Part shown: positions 26,436 to 37,468 of the stretch, one piece after another
How positions within the stretch are numbered: position 1 is the stretch's first letter
How the letters are laid out: each line of letters starts with the position of its first letter
From: Ptychomitrium polyphyllum
Taxonomy: Eukaryota
NCBI GenBank assembly: GCA_973851085.1
Contig: OZ316776.1
Span: 10,044,001-10,108,000, forward strand
DNA: 64,000 bases
Direction: 5' to 3'
Position numbers and translations under genes: made by a program
The notes under the pieces: model-generated
Told to the model about the DNA's origin: nothing
What the model saw: only the letters and a program-made list of their open reading frames with translations
The model's database searches: none

Positions 26436-29157
26436 ATGGTGTTCTATCTATGGCTGGTGTTGGTGTGGCTGGTGTTGCTGCAAGAAGCACAGTTTCTACA
26501 AGGCGTGAGGGTGTTTTCCGATGTAGAGCCGGACGTCTTGTCTAATGCGAAGGCACCTCATGTGTCCGTGATCATCATCGGCGCCGGCATGTCAGGTGCG
26601 GATGATTAGTTCTCTTGTCAAGGCCATTGCATATAGTGATCTTTTCTTAAGAGAGTGATTCGGCTCATATATATTTGCAGACTTTGAATCTCTCATCGAT
26701 GGCGCTGTGGGTATGTACTTAGGTATTACTGCAGGTAAGACCTTGTCGGCGAATGGCGTGCAAGACTTGATAATCCTGGAGGCAAGAGACGAGATCGGCG
26801 GGAGGATGATGACGCACGACTTTGGAGGAATAACGGTTGAGAAAGGAGCCAACTGGATTGAGGGAGTGAACGGACCGCACGTCAATCCACTTATTCCTAT
26901 CGCCAAGGAAATTAAGCTCGTCAATGACTACTCCAATTTTGAGAACATCACCAACAACATCTACGGCGCCCAGTACGATACGAGTATTCGCACTCACTCG
27001 CTCAATATTCAAGCAATGGGGAGTCAATGCGACCTGCATGTAGTTTGGTGCAGGTTTCGGGGGTACGCCGTGTTTCTAACATTTGATGACGATGATGCTG
27101 TTGTTTGTGTCACAGCGGCCAAGTGGCTCCGGAGGTAGCAGAGCTGGCAAACAAGCTCATCGAAGAGCTTTACGAATCCACCGAGAGCCTTGGCATCACT
27201 TTAACAAACACAAACGATACGGATGTGTCGGTGCTCACAGCTCAGCGGTTCTATGGTCGGATTCCAAGCACGCCCGTGGAGATGGCGTTGGACTATTGGT
27301 ACAACGACTTTACAAGCGCAGGTTAGCACATTCTTCGATCCTCTTGTTCGAAGTGTTTCTGTTGTGCTCTGGTTTTACTCGTCGCTTCAATGCTTACTCT
27401 GCCTCCTGATTAGAAAGACGAGGTGGTGAAATCAGTTCTGGTCGGAATGTTGGTGTTCGTTGTGAGTGATCGGCAGAGCCACCAAGGATTACAAGTTTGA
27501 AGAACACGCAACCTCTTCCAACTGATGCCGTCTTTGGAGACGATGTGTACTTTGTCCACGATCCTCGCGGCTACAAATCTATTGTCCATCATTTGGCTAA
27601 CTCGTACCTGAAGCGCGAGAACGGGACGATCACAGATAAGTGCCTCAAGTTGAACACGGTACGCTCAACGAGTACCTACCTGCTCTTGACCTAGGAACAT
27701 TTACGCGAGCCGACACTAATTGGATTCGGTGTTCGCAGGCCATTTCTTGTTGTCAAGCAGCATAGATTCTCGATAGAGACTCGTGGATTGCAGCATGAAT
27801 AGAGTTCGTCAATGCTCTAACTTAAAGTCGATGCATCTTGCAGCTTGTGCGCAAGATTGAGTACAGCCAGAAAGGAGTGAAAGTGACAACGGAAGGTGGA
27901 ATCGTGTACACATCCGATTACGCCATTGTGTCTGTGAGTTTGGGCGTGCTTCAGAGCACGCTCATCGACTTCGTACCCGACCTGCCGGTCTGCGCTTCTT
28001 TACTAACCAATCCCTGGCGCAATACAGAGTATTTTTTCTTATAATCTCCTATTTCAATAGATTTAAGCTTCAATTTAGTTTTGGGAGCTGGATTATGCTT
28101 ATGAGATTCAATCATGGGATTGTTTACCTTGCAGTTTTGGAAGCTCAAAGCTATCTACACATTCGACATGGCGGTCTACACCAAGATATTCTTGAAGTTT
28201 TCCAAAAAGTTCTGGACCTCTGGCATCGGGTCAAAGTTCTGGTTATACGCGGATGAGCGCCGAGGTTACTATCCTATCTGGGAGGTAGCTGAAGTCCTAC
28301 CACCGCCTTCGCTCCCAGTCGTTGTGAAATCGTAAGGTAGCCCTAGAATCGTTTGGCTGATTCTTGAGTACTATTTGCAGAATTTGGACAGCGAATTTCC
28401 GGAGGCGAATGTCCTCATGGTGACGGTCACAGACGAGGAGTCCCACCGTATTGAGCAGCAGCCCGATAGCGAAACGCTGGAAGAAATCATGGGAGTACTG
28501 AAAAACATGTTCGGAAAGGAAGTTCCTACTGCAGAAAGCATCTATGTGCCGCGGTGGGTAGCTGACCCCCTCTTTCGCGGCTCCTACTCCAATTGGCCTG
28601 TTGGCGCCGAGCCCATCGTCTTTCGGCAACTTCAAGCCCCAGTGCAGAATATATACTTCACAGGGGAGCACACAAGCCAACTGTATAGTGGCTATGTTCA
28701 TGGAGCTCACCTGCAAGGTACACTATCAGATCACCATCATGTATCTACAATATTCCTTGAAACCTAAAACTCTTTTGCTCGAGCCTGTCAAGAAGAGGTT
28801 CAAACTGAATTTTGAAGTTGCTATCAAGAGCGTCATGTTTCCTGCGCGGATCTGTTGATTGGATTTTTTGTGGGACAGGTATAGCAATAGCAAACTCTCT
28901 TCTGGATTGCAAGAAGAATAACAAGTGCGCCTTGACCGACCAGATTCACGAGAATCTTTCAAAGAAATGCACGGATCATCTTGAGGTGGTAAGTGGCCAA
29001 TCCACAAAATGAGAGCACATTATCAGGGTGATTTTTTTGCAACGAGGAATTAACCCTCCTTGGTGCTGGTGAATTTCAGGAAAGAGACACAGAGAAAAAG
29101 ATTTGGAGCAAGAAGATCGCGAGGCTTGAAAAAGAACTAGCTGATGGCAAACATTAA
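26436..29157 (+). CDS. PAO: Secreted FAD-dependent polyamine oxidase (ZmPAO1/AtPAO1-like), 9 exons, ~538 aa
   Basis: Exons 26436-26595, 26723-26972, 27116-27321, 27477-27658, 27844-27987, 28135-28284, 28381-28717, 28879-28988, 29080-29157. Signal peptide, VIIIGAGMSG, LEARDEIGGR, GANWIEG, AEPPRITSL, YTKIFLKF, VTVTDEESHRIEQQ, FTGEHTS...GYVHGA. The last exon is the least certain. Confidence 0.93.
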
Positions 29158-29844
29158 ACAAAACAGCTGAGTTAGCTGAAGTGATAATTCATTTGCTGTA
29201 CTAGCATGAGTAAATTGCTCTTGGAGCTGAACAAGGCGTTGTATGATTTAGCGAACGTCTGTATACCTTATGTGTCCGACTTTATAGATAAGTGTATCAC
29301 TTGATCTTACGGAAGTACTTCAGTTTCCATGTCCGCGTCAAGATTCTTGCGTTTCCCACCGCTTTAAGTTACAGGCTGCTATGAAATTAAATCAGCATGT
29401 TGCGAACGTGCATGCTCTGGATACGGCCTCAATAAAACTACACGTAATCACACATCAGAACAGGGAAGTTTGGACCGATTTCCCCACGTAGTATTTGGCC
29501 AAATTAGAAAGAAATTTGAGTATAGAAAGAAATTTTCACGATTGTTACCTTCCAGAAATAGACATTGCCCCACGTTTCCCCAAAAGGGCAGTAATCTGTC
29601 CAAAGTTCCCAATCATGACTACCACGATTTGTACAAATTGCGTCGCGAGAATGTGGAGGCTCCCTAGCCCTTCAGAGAGTCCAACAACCAGTGTGGATAG
29701 AGGAAAGCTACATCACCAAAGCAACTTATTGAAGTTCACTCGCATTGGCCTTTTGATACCCATTTTGGGCATGAAGAATCTGCGTAGAAATCACCAAGTC
29801 CTGATTGCCTGTTGACTTTAGACTACTCATCTTTTCGAAGTCTT

Positions 29845-29966
29845 ATCAATTCTGATTACCTACTAACAGGAACCTGCATCTTTACAGAGACGTCTGCACG
29901 TCTTCTGAGACCTTGTTGTTTGTGTTTGTGTGGAGATATAGATCCTCATGTAAAGCCAATCTTCAC
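29845..29966 (+). pseudogene. Inverted partial copy of the GDSL intron 4 / exon 5 junction
   Basis: Manual alignment with the reverse complement of 30497-30619 gives ~97/123 identities. It translates GTCIFTETSARLLRPCCLCLCGDIDPHVKPIF versus GTSTLTGLSAGLLKPCCLGVCGEIDSQGKPMF in the gene. Confidence 0.88.
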
Positions 29967-30378
29967 TTGTCAAAGCTTTAATTTTGATGTAGTGAACTTC
30001 ATCTAAGCTACCTGAACACAAGGTCATACTCACATCGTTTCAGACAGAAGTAAAGATCGTCGTCCATCAATGCAACGCTGCAACTTTATCAAATGCTTGG
30101 TTTGAAACCTCTTGAAAGACGCCCGGAAGGTGGAGCAAAAACATCTGATATAGAATTATATTTTTTCCTAAAACCATTCGCGCTTTAATAACTAGTTACT
30201 GTCGAAACACAATCACCGATTCAATTCCCACCTTCTTTGTACCTTTGAAACCAACCAATCGTCATAGTCCAACTAACTGGAGATGTTTGTGTGTAAATGA
30301 GCTGTTAATCCTGGATATGCAACTTCTGCTACACTAGAGGATTCATCATTTCCTACGATCCTAGCGCTTTTCTGTTAT

Positions 30379-32340
30379 TCACGAGAATGGCCCCAGCATT
30401 GCATTTGGAAACAGAATCTTTGTGACCGCAATCCAGCCTGCCTGGGATGGATGAATTGAGTCCCAAAACAACTGCTGGGCCGGATCATTGCAGACTGTGA
30501 ACATTGGCTTTCCCTGAGAATCTATTTCTCCACATACACCCAAACAACAAGGCTTCAGAAGACCCGCGGACAGTCCTGTCAAGGTTGAGGTTCCTGTCAG
30601 TAAGCAATCAGGATTTGATCGCACCGTACAAAGAAATCAGGCAAAATACAGTAATCGAATTCCAGCACGAAATCGATGAGAAGCCCTTCGTCACTTCAAC
30701 ACAAATTCGGATCTACTTATAAAACCAATGTTTTTAAGATTGTCTGGCAGATAAATAGAAACTGAATTCAAGTGCAATGAAAGAACAATTACCGTATTTT
30801 TCCGGGTTTTGAAGAACAGTATTGAAAGCAGAAAATTGGTCTAGTAATGTGAAGGAGACTGCAGGTAACCGCTTCTTCAAATCTGCGACGGACGCAGCCA
30901 GGAGGTCGTTGTGCGGAGCCGATACAATTGTATTGCTGAGCTCAAGGCATGCGTTGAAGTTAGGTTGCGTTGATGAAGGCATGCACCCAACAGGCTGGAG
31001 GTTGTTGATATAGAAAGTTTTCAAGCCCAACTTGTTCAACCTCTCGAGCTGAATAGTTATTTCATTTACCAATGATTTTTGAAACGCGGTGAGTTCCTGC
31101 AAGGATCAAAAGATGGCCACGCCCTGCTCAATGAAATATCAATCCGTGGTTTTTGCAGTTTCAACATTCGAAGTGAAGAGTAAAAAAACTGCAATAGGCA
31201 TTGTTGGTATAAACTTGAAACTTACAGAGAGCGGGTTGCCCTTGGCTATATATGCTCCATAGTCGTTTCCATGTATTCCAAGGAGTACCACCGAAGATTG
31301 AAGGAAGTCTGTTGTGTACTTCTGAGTCTGGAATTGGTCGACTTGGCCACGTAAACTCACCATTCCGAAGGGACTGAACACACCCGACCCGCCAACTGCA
31401 AAATTCATGCCATGCTTGGATGCCCCTACTTCACTGAGCCTGTGCTCGTACGGAACTGGAGTTGGCATCTGCAATGCGCTTGCTGCAAATATAATTGACC
31501 AAGATCATGTCAGTAATCAACAATGCAAATCATCTGTTATGACCATCACATACCACGGATTGATATTCAATTATGTGATGGTCGACCGAAAGTCACGTAC
31601 CGAAAATGTCAGTGAAAACACGCCCATCCGAAAACCGGCCGTCGGGTGTACCAGGGTAGGTTTTTCCATAAGGTCCGAGCCAGGAGCGATCAAATCCTTT
31701 CGATTTGTTCAGATTTCCTGTGTCTAAGTATGAGTCACCGAACACGAAGAGGGCATTTAAAGGTGGACCTGCAGCTTTCACCTCAATCCGCTGGCCTGCA
31801 CAAAATTCCAGCTACTCACATTTAGTAATCTAGAGCCTATCAACGAAGCACCCTCATCCTCCATTGCATTTCTGATGTATCATCTCACAGAATCTACACT
31901 GTTGACTGTTAAGAATGGGATAGCTTTGACACGATTAAAGACTTTAGGGCTGAATAGTGTTAATCGAAAACACTCTCAAGGTAGGTATCGTGCATCGTAA
32001 TTGTAATTATCATATGCTAAAGTTTTGGGACAAGAGCCAAACGTCGATTATACGAAGCAGTTATAGAACTTGTCCTGGCTTAACTCTTCCATTGCATATG
32101 TGTTATTTATCAGAACATAAAAAATAATCGGCAAGCACAATATCGTGCTGGACTTAGCTACAATGTGTAAATACTGACAATCGGATGACAAAATGCTAAG
32201 GATACCAGAAATTGACCACACCATTGAGCCGCCTTACCGTGAGCGATTGTTGATAGGCAAGCCGTTGAGAACAGAAGGGCACAAACAACAGCGCCGCCAG
32301 TGAGCTCTCTCCAGCTCTGGGTCGGCGCCATGGCAGTCAT
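30379..32340 (-). CDS. GDSL esterase/lipase, 5 exons, ~357 aa
   Basis: Exons 32340-32238, 31795-31601, 31482-31226, 31096-30793, 30593-30379. Signal peptide; block I FVFGDSYLDTGN; GRFSDGR; block II NFAVGGSG; block III GNDY; block V FWDSIHPSQ. Catalytic Ser, Asp and His are intact. Confidence 0.95.
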
Positions 32341-34377
32341 CACCACCGTTACCTTCAGCTTCCAAACCCCTACACCAATTCTGGAGTACGTGAGTCAGGC
32401 TCTGCTAAGTTGTAACCCTAGGTCAGAAACTGAGCATCGGGAAATTGAACAGAGCGTTGTGTGTAAAACATAACTTCTGCATACCGTCTCAAGGAAGTTG
32501 ATGGCCACGCAGAGAACTTAAACACATCACCAACCCCGTACACTGCCACCAGCTTCTGAGCTCTGCACTCTGCACTCTGCATTCTGCACCCAAACTGCAT
32601 GAAATCAATAGAAAAATTCCTCATCCATTAGCCTTGCTGCACAGTGCACTGCACCAATGTATCTTAATCCTCTGCAGGTTCTGCCAATATTTGTTAATTG
32701 ATAATTATCAGGCATTTCTGTAATAGTATGATATACTACATTTCATCGTTGATCAGTTCAGGCCTTGCTGGATGTTTGCAGAACTGAAGAAATGTCGTTA
32801 TTGTTAATTTCCAGAGTAATCAACCAAGTAAGTAAACTTTCAGCTGCAGATAGTCTTATGCATACGGCCTTACAAAATACATTAGCTGAATCTTCAGAAG
32901 ATTGTGAAGCTATTCTCACACGAATTGGGTTTTGGCTAGTTATCATGCTTTTATTCATTCAAAAATCTCCTGGTTCTCTGTCGTAAACCTGTCAGCAAGG
33001 ATACCTTCTTAAAAGGATTTCACCTGGACTCAGTCGCTGTATAGTTTAACGGGCTTTGGTAGCAAAGGCTCAAAGCCGCACAGCCGACTCAGCAGAACAG
33101 GCACAAGCTTCTGAGTTTTATGTTTTAAGGGAACCCTTGGAAAACTTCAAAACCCAATTACTTGCAGCTACTTACATGAATGGTACACGTGCGTGAAGAG
33201 AATCTCTTGAGAGAATCACAGAACTGAAGTGTAAGCAAATGCTCATGTGAATCGTGACCTAAATTACCTTAACTTGCTCATACTCCTGTGACCTAAGTTA
33301 ATATGACTTGCCAGAGACTGGCAGTGATGAAACACCATAGTCATGACGAAAATTCAAACATGACGGAACAGTACTACTCTTTGAACTATTAAAATTGAAG
33401 TCCTGTGCGATCATCCATGACCGCAATGACATCGAAGAACTGCAAGGAATCACTTCAAGTCCTGAACTATTACCACGGTAAACTTTATTACCTGTAAAGA
33501 CGCTCTTTAAACCTTGAGCTCTGTAATACCTGAAGGGCCTGAACCATCATTTTGCAATCACTGCAAGTGTTTCATACATCCTCAACAGTGATTCACATCC
33601 ACAAACTTAGTAGACCCCTGAATGATTGATTTCTGGAGACATCTATTAAACACGCACCTGAGCTACTTTTATGTATGCATCATATTCCATAGCGTTCTAG
33701 AACAATGGAGGGACTAGAGGGACTGGCTTTTAGCCTTGGAAGAGCTGATCCAACAAAGATTCCTATGCAATCCTCCTTTCTAATCCAATGAGTAAATGTC
33801 ACTTTAAAAAGTCACATTTTAAGCATTATGACATTGCCAAACATGCTTGGTTATCATTGCCAACTATTGATCCAAATAGTTGTCAAGAAATTGAACAAGT
33901 AGTTGTTCAGAGAATGCTATATTACAAGCCAAAAAACTCAAAACTTAAAAACTCAAAACTACATTATAAAGAGTACTTGAACAAGAACATTTACTGCAAC
34001 ATAGTGCATTTCTAGCTTGAAACACCCTCTCTCTCAAAGGAATAATTTCATCATTCAAAGATCATTTCTTCTTGAGAAACATATGCTAGTGAGGATTGCT
34101 GGGGTTTATGTGCCATGTCATGTATTCACCGGCACATGGCCTGAAGTCTATCCTTTTATTGTGGATTTCCCACTTTCCAAGTGAGGGTAAGTTCGGTAGA
34201 ATTTAATCTGTCCAATCATTACATCCGAAATCCAAGCCAGTTTTCTTCCAAAGTATGACCATGAAGGCAACAATTCAAGACACAAAGGCGAAATTTGCAT
34301 TTAAGAGTTCACACAGGCTACAGATTATCATTATTTTTCTCAGGCTGAGCACTCTAGCTAGGGTCAGAGGTTGCTCT

Positions 34378-35613
34378 TCACTGCACTGACTTCGACGAAG
34401 GGTCAAATACTGGAAACTCCACCGCACCCTTGCATTCGTTACTGGGAAAGATGGGGCACTCAATGAGCGTGGATCCATCCGTGGCAACGCAAATGTAAAT
34501 CTGGTATAGCTGCTTCTTACCCTGTCCGTCCTTGTTGCAGTCAACTCCTGGAAGATGGCCATTGAGAACGCTTCCAATAGCCTTGCGAATGTCCTCTATT
34601 TGATATTGTGAGCCGTCTGGTACTATACCTGCACACGACACAGCTGGCTTCAGCTGCAACTCCCAAATGAGACAATGTATACTGAACCAGGAGATTGTTA
34701 CTAACTCTTGTGAACATAACCGACAAGGTTTTACTGAGTACCTGCATTCGCAAGGGCAGCCGTGATATCATAGTTGCCGTAAAGGTTGATGGCAGACTGG
34801 AAGTAATCGTGTTGGCTCAAACCCGAGCAAGTGCCATGTTTGCTCCATTCATGTTTCCAGAAACTCTGGCTGTCACTGGAAGGGCAGGCCAGTGAACCCC
34901 AGTCATCGTCCAACTTCTGGAGTACATCCGACACCTGCAATGGAAAGAGCGGGGACAAGCCATAAGTTGAGGTTTGAAGAGTAAAAGCCGCCTTGCGGCA
35001 AAGCATTGCAAGACACAAGGCCACCGGCAGCCTGGACTTCATGATTTGAGTTGACCTTGTTTTGAACGGTTGTTTAGAATAGATCATATATGTTTGATTG
35101 TTTCCTTTTTCATGTGCATGAGAATCCAGGTTTCAGTTGCGCAAGTGATGACAACAATGCTGAGAAGGGACAGAGAAGTTCTGGATCTGCATTAAAGGGT
35201 GTGGTGGAATTCTACGAGGTGACATTAAATTGAAGGATGTTGGAGCGTAGAGATAACTCCTGAGGGTTGTACGGCTCGTTGCCGCAGGAAGCAGGGTAAG
35301 AGCCATCGTTGAAGTTAGGCCAAAGGCCATGAATGCCAAACACCGGCTTGGGATTGGTACTGAGTGGAAAACAACAGCCCTGTCTCGTGTCGCAATACGA
35401 ACCTGGCCACTGCTCCCATCAAGAACACACACCATTAGCTTAATGGTAGAACGATGTACCAACACCTTGCTCTATTCTCTCAGCAATCTCTTGCAACAAG
35501 GTAAAGCCTCGAACCTGTTGCACGAAGTAGAAGAAATCGAAGTCCTCGGCCTGCACCGCTGCACCGCAAAACATGCTCCAAACAACCAAAGCCACTACCA
35601 TTTTGGACGCCAT
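34378..35613 (-). CDS. RNase T2 class I (RNS1-like) copy A, 4 exons, ~231 aa; the intron-2 donor is non-canonical (TT), so possibly a null allele or pseudogene
   Basis: Exons 35613-35515, 35409-35257, 34934-34742, 34628-34378. Signal peptide, FDFFYFVQQWPGSYC, CAS I FGIHGLWP, CAS II FWKHEWSKHGTC. Confidence 0.92.
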
Positions 35614-36240
35614 GGCTGTCCCTCTTCCAAGCCCTTCCTTCCTACACACCATCAAAGACCTATTCAGCTCATCGCAAGATCTATCACAGCTACGCGTACC
35701 TCAATGCATCTCCTCAGAAAACAGAGGACTACACAAAATCTCAACAAGAAACAGATTCTCACTCCCTAACGCAAAACCAATACTCCTTCCCAATGTAGAA
35801 ACGAGTAATGCAAGCCGTAATCATCTTTATTTAAACTCTGCTTTCGTTAAGCCTTTAAGTAACAAAACACCCCTATAAACACAACGGTTCTACTCCACAA
35901 GCTGAAGGGACTGCTGCGCAATATCAAGAAAACACACTACCAATCGCAACCCTGGCCAATGCGCATCGACAAGGTGCACACTGAAATCCCATACTCTGAA
36001 CCACCTCTTACTCCCATGTCACAACCACACGCTTCCGAACAATTCAAGATAACTCTCAACAGGAAAAGTACCTCAGTGAAGGAGTATCTAGATTGTGTAA
36101 CTCTGTGAACCGCAGGCAGCCTGACCTCCCACTGTGACGAGCTTCATAAAACAGCCTCTTCACAGGGTTCATAAATACTTTGCCCCCCTGCGGTGAACTC
36201 GTCACGTTCTAAACCTGCGATAATTCCCAGTGGGGATTCA

Positions 36241-36248
36241 GCATATGC
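36241..36248. promoter_or_regulatory. P1BS-like element (GNATATNC) between the RNase T2 genes
   Basis: GCATATGC fits the PHR1 site consensus and lies ~65 bp beyond a minus-strand TATTTAT at ~36171-36177. Class I RNases are typically induced by Pi starvation. Confidence 0.4.
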
Positions 36249-37468
36249 CAGGTGATGCTCTTCACGATTGAAAAGCGTGTCAAAGACGCCTTTCAACGCG
36301 CCTTTTCATTGCGACAGAGAGCATGGAGTGTACGCCAGGCAATGTCACATGTCACCGAGTACAGTGATGACGAGAAGGGGAAGCCGCTTCAAAACATCGG
36401 CAATACCACCCATCGGCAAGTGTGAACGATTTTCGACATCGGCTGCCTATGCTCACACAGTGGCGATGACCTGCAGAGTGACGCCGGGAGTGTCTGGACT
36501 CCACCGAGGAAATCATAAGGCTCGGGCTTGGAGGGACAATGATGGCAGATTTCGGACTCTGACAGCTCTTTTCTTTTCTCGGCTCCATCAAGAAAAGAAA
36601 CGGAATAAAATAGAAAAAAGTATTACAGATCCACTGAAGGGCTTCTGGGTTTCGTTTGCACTACATCCTCGTGGTGGTCTTTGACAGACACAGAATCACG
36701 GTGGATATCACGTGCTTGTCAAACAGACGATCAGTCAAGGTGCAATGTGCATCGGTTTGGTAATGTTTATCACTGATTCTCGTCATTTTGTGCCGGAAAA
36801 TGTGGCACACATGCGTTGTAAGTTTGGCATTTGACTCCTGTAGCGAGCACAGGCCACCGCTACTGTTGTAATCCAACAGTGTCAAAACGATAGTCGTTCT
36901 GACCCGATTAATATCCCCTTCGTCAAAGTTTGAAAGTCTCACGTTATCAGAAGTGTACGGACATAGCTGTGAGAGGTACGACTTCAGACTCCATCTCAGA
37001 TTCAAAATTGAGCTCAGCCTACAGTATTTGGTCCTTATTCTACCCAGTTTTTCATGTTGGAGACCTAATTTTGACATGAAGAGTAAATTTGCTGGACACG
37101 CAGCAATTTATCACATGTTACCACAAACTTGACATCCAATTATGTTCCGAAATCCTGGACGACATAACATAAGATCACGAAACAATCTGAGATCCCCATA
37201 TGAGTGCGAATGTATACGTTCATAAGCACAAAAGCATGCACTGCAATGCTCCGTCACATGGGTTTAGGTCATCCATCCTTAACCAAAGTTACATTGACGC
37301 CGTCATACTTGATATTCAAGTTATGTTGTTGAAGAGATCTTGAGATTTTTGAGATATCGGGAAGAGAGATTGCACCTAGAATTGGATGCGTTTGTGATTC
37401 CCCCTGATTTGCATCTGCTTTCACATGCGTCAGTGCTGCGTCCTTGACAACGAACAAGGATCATCAAT

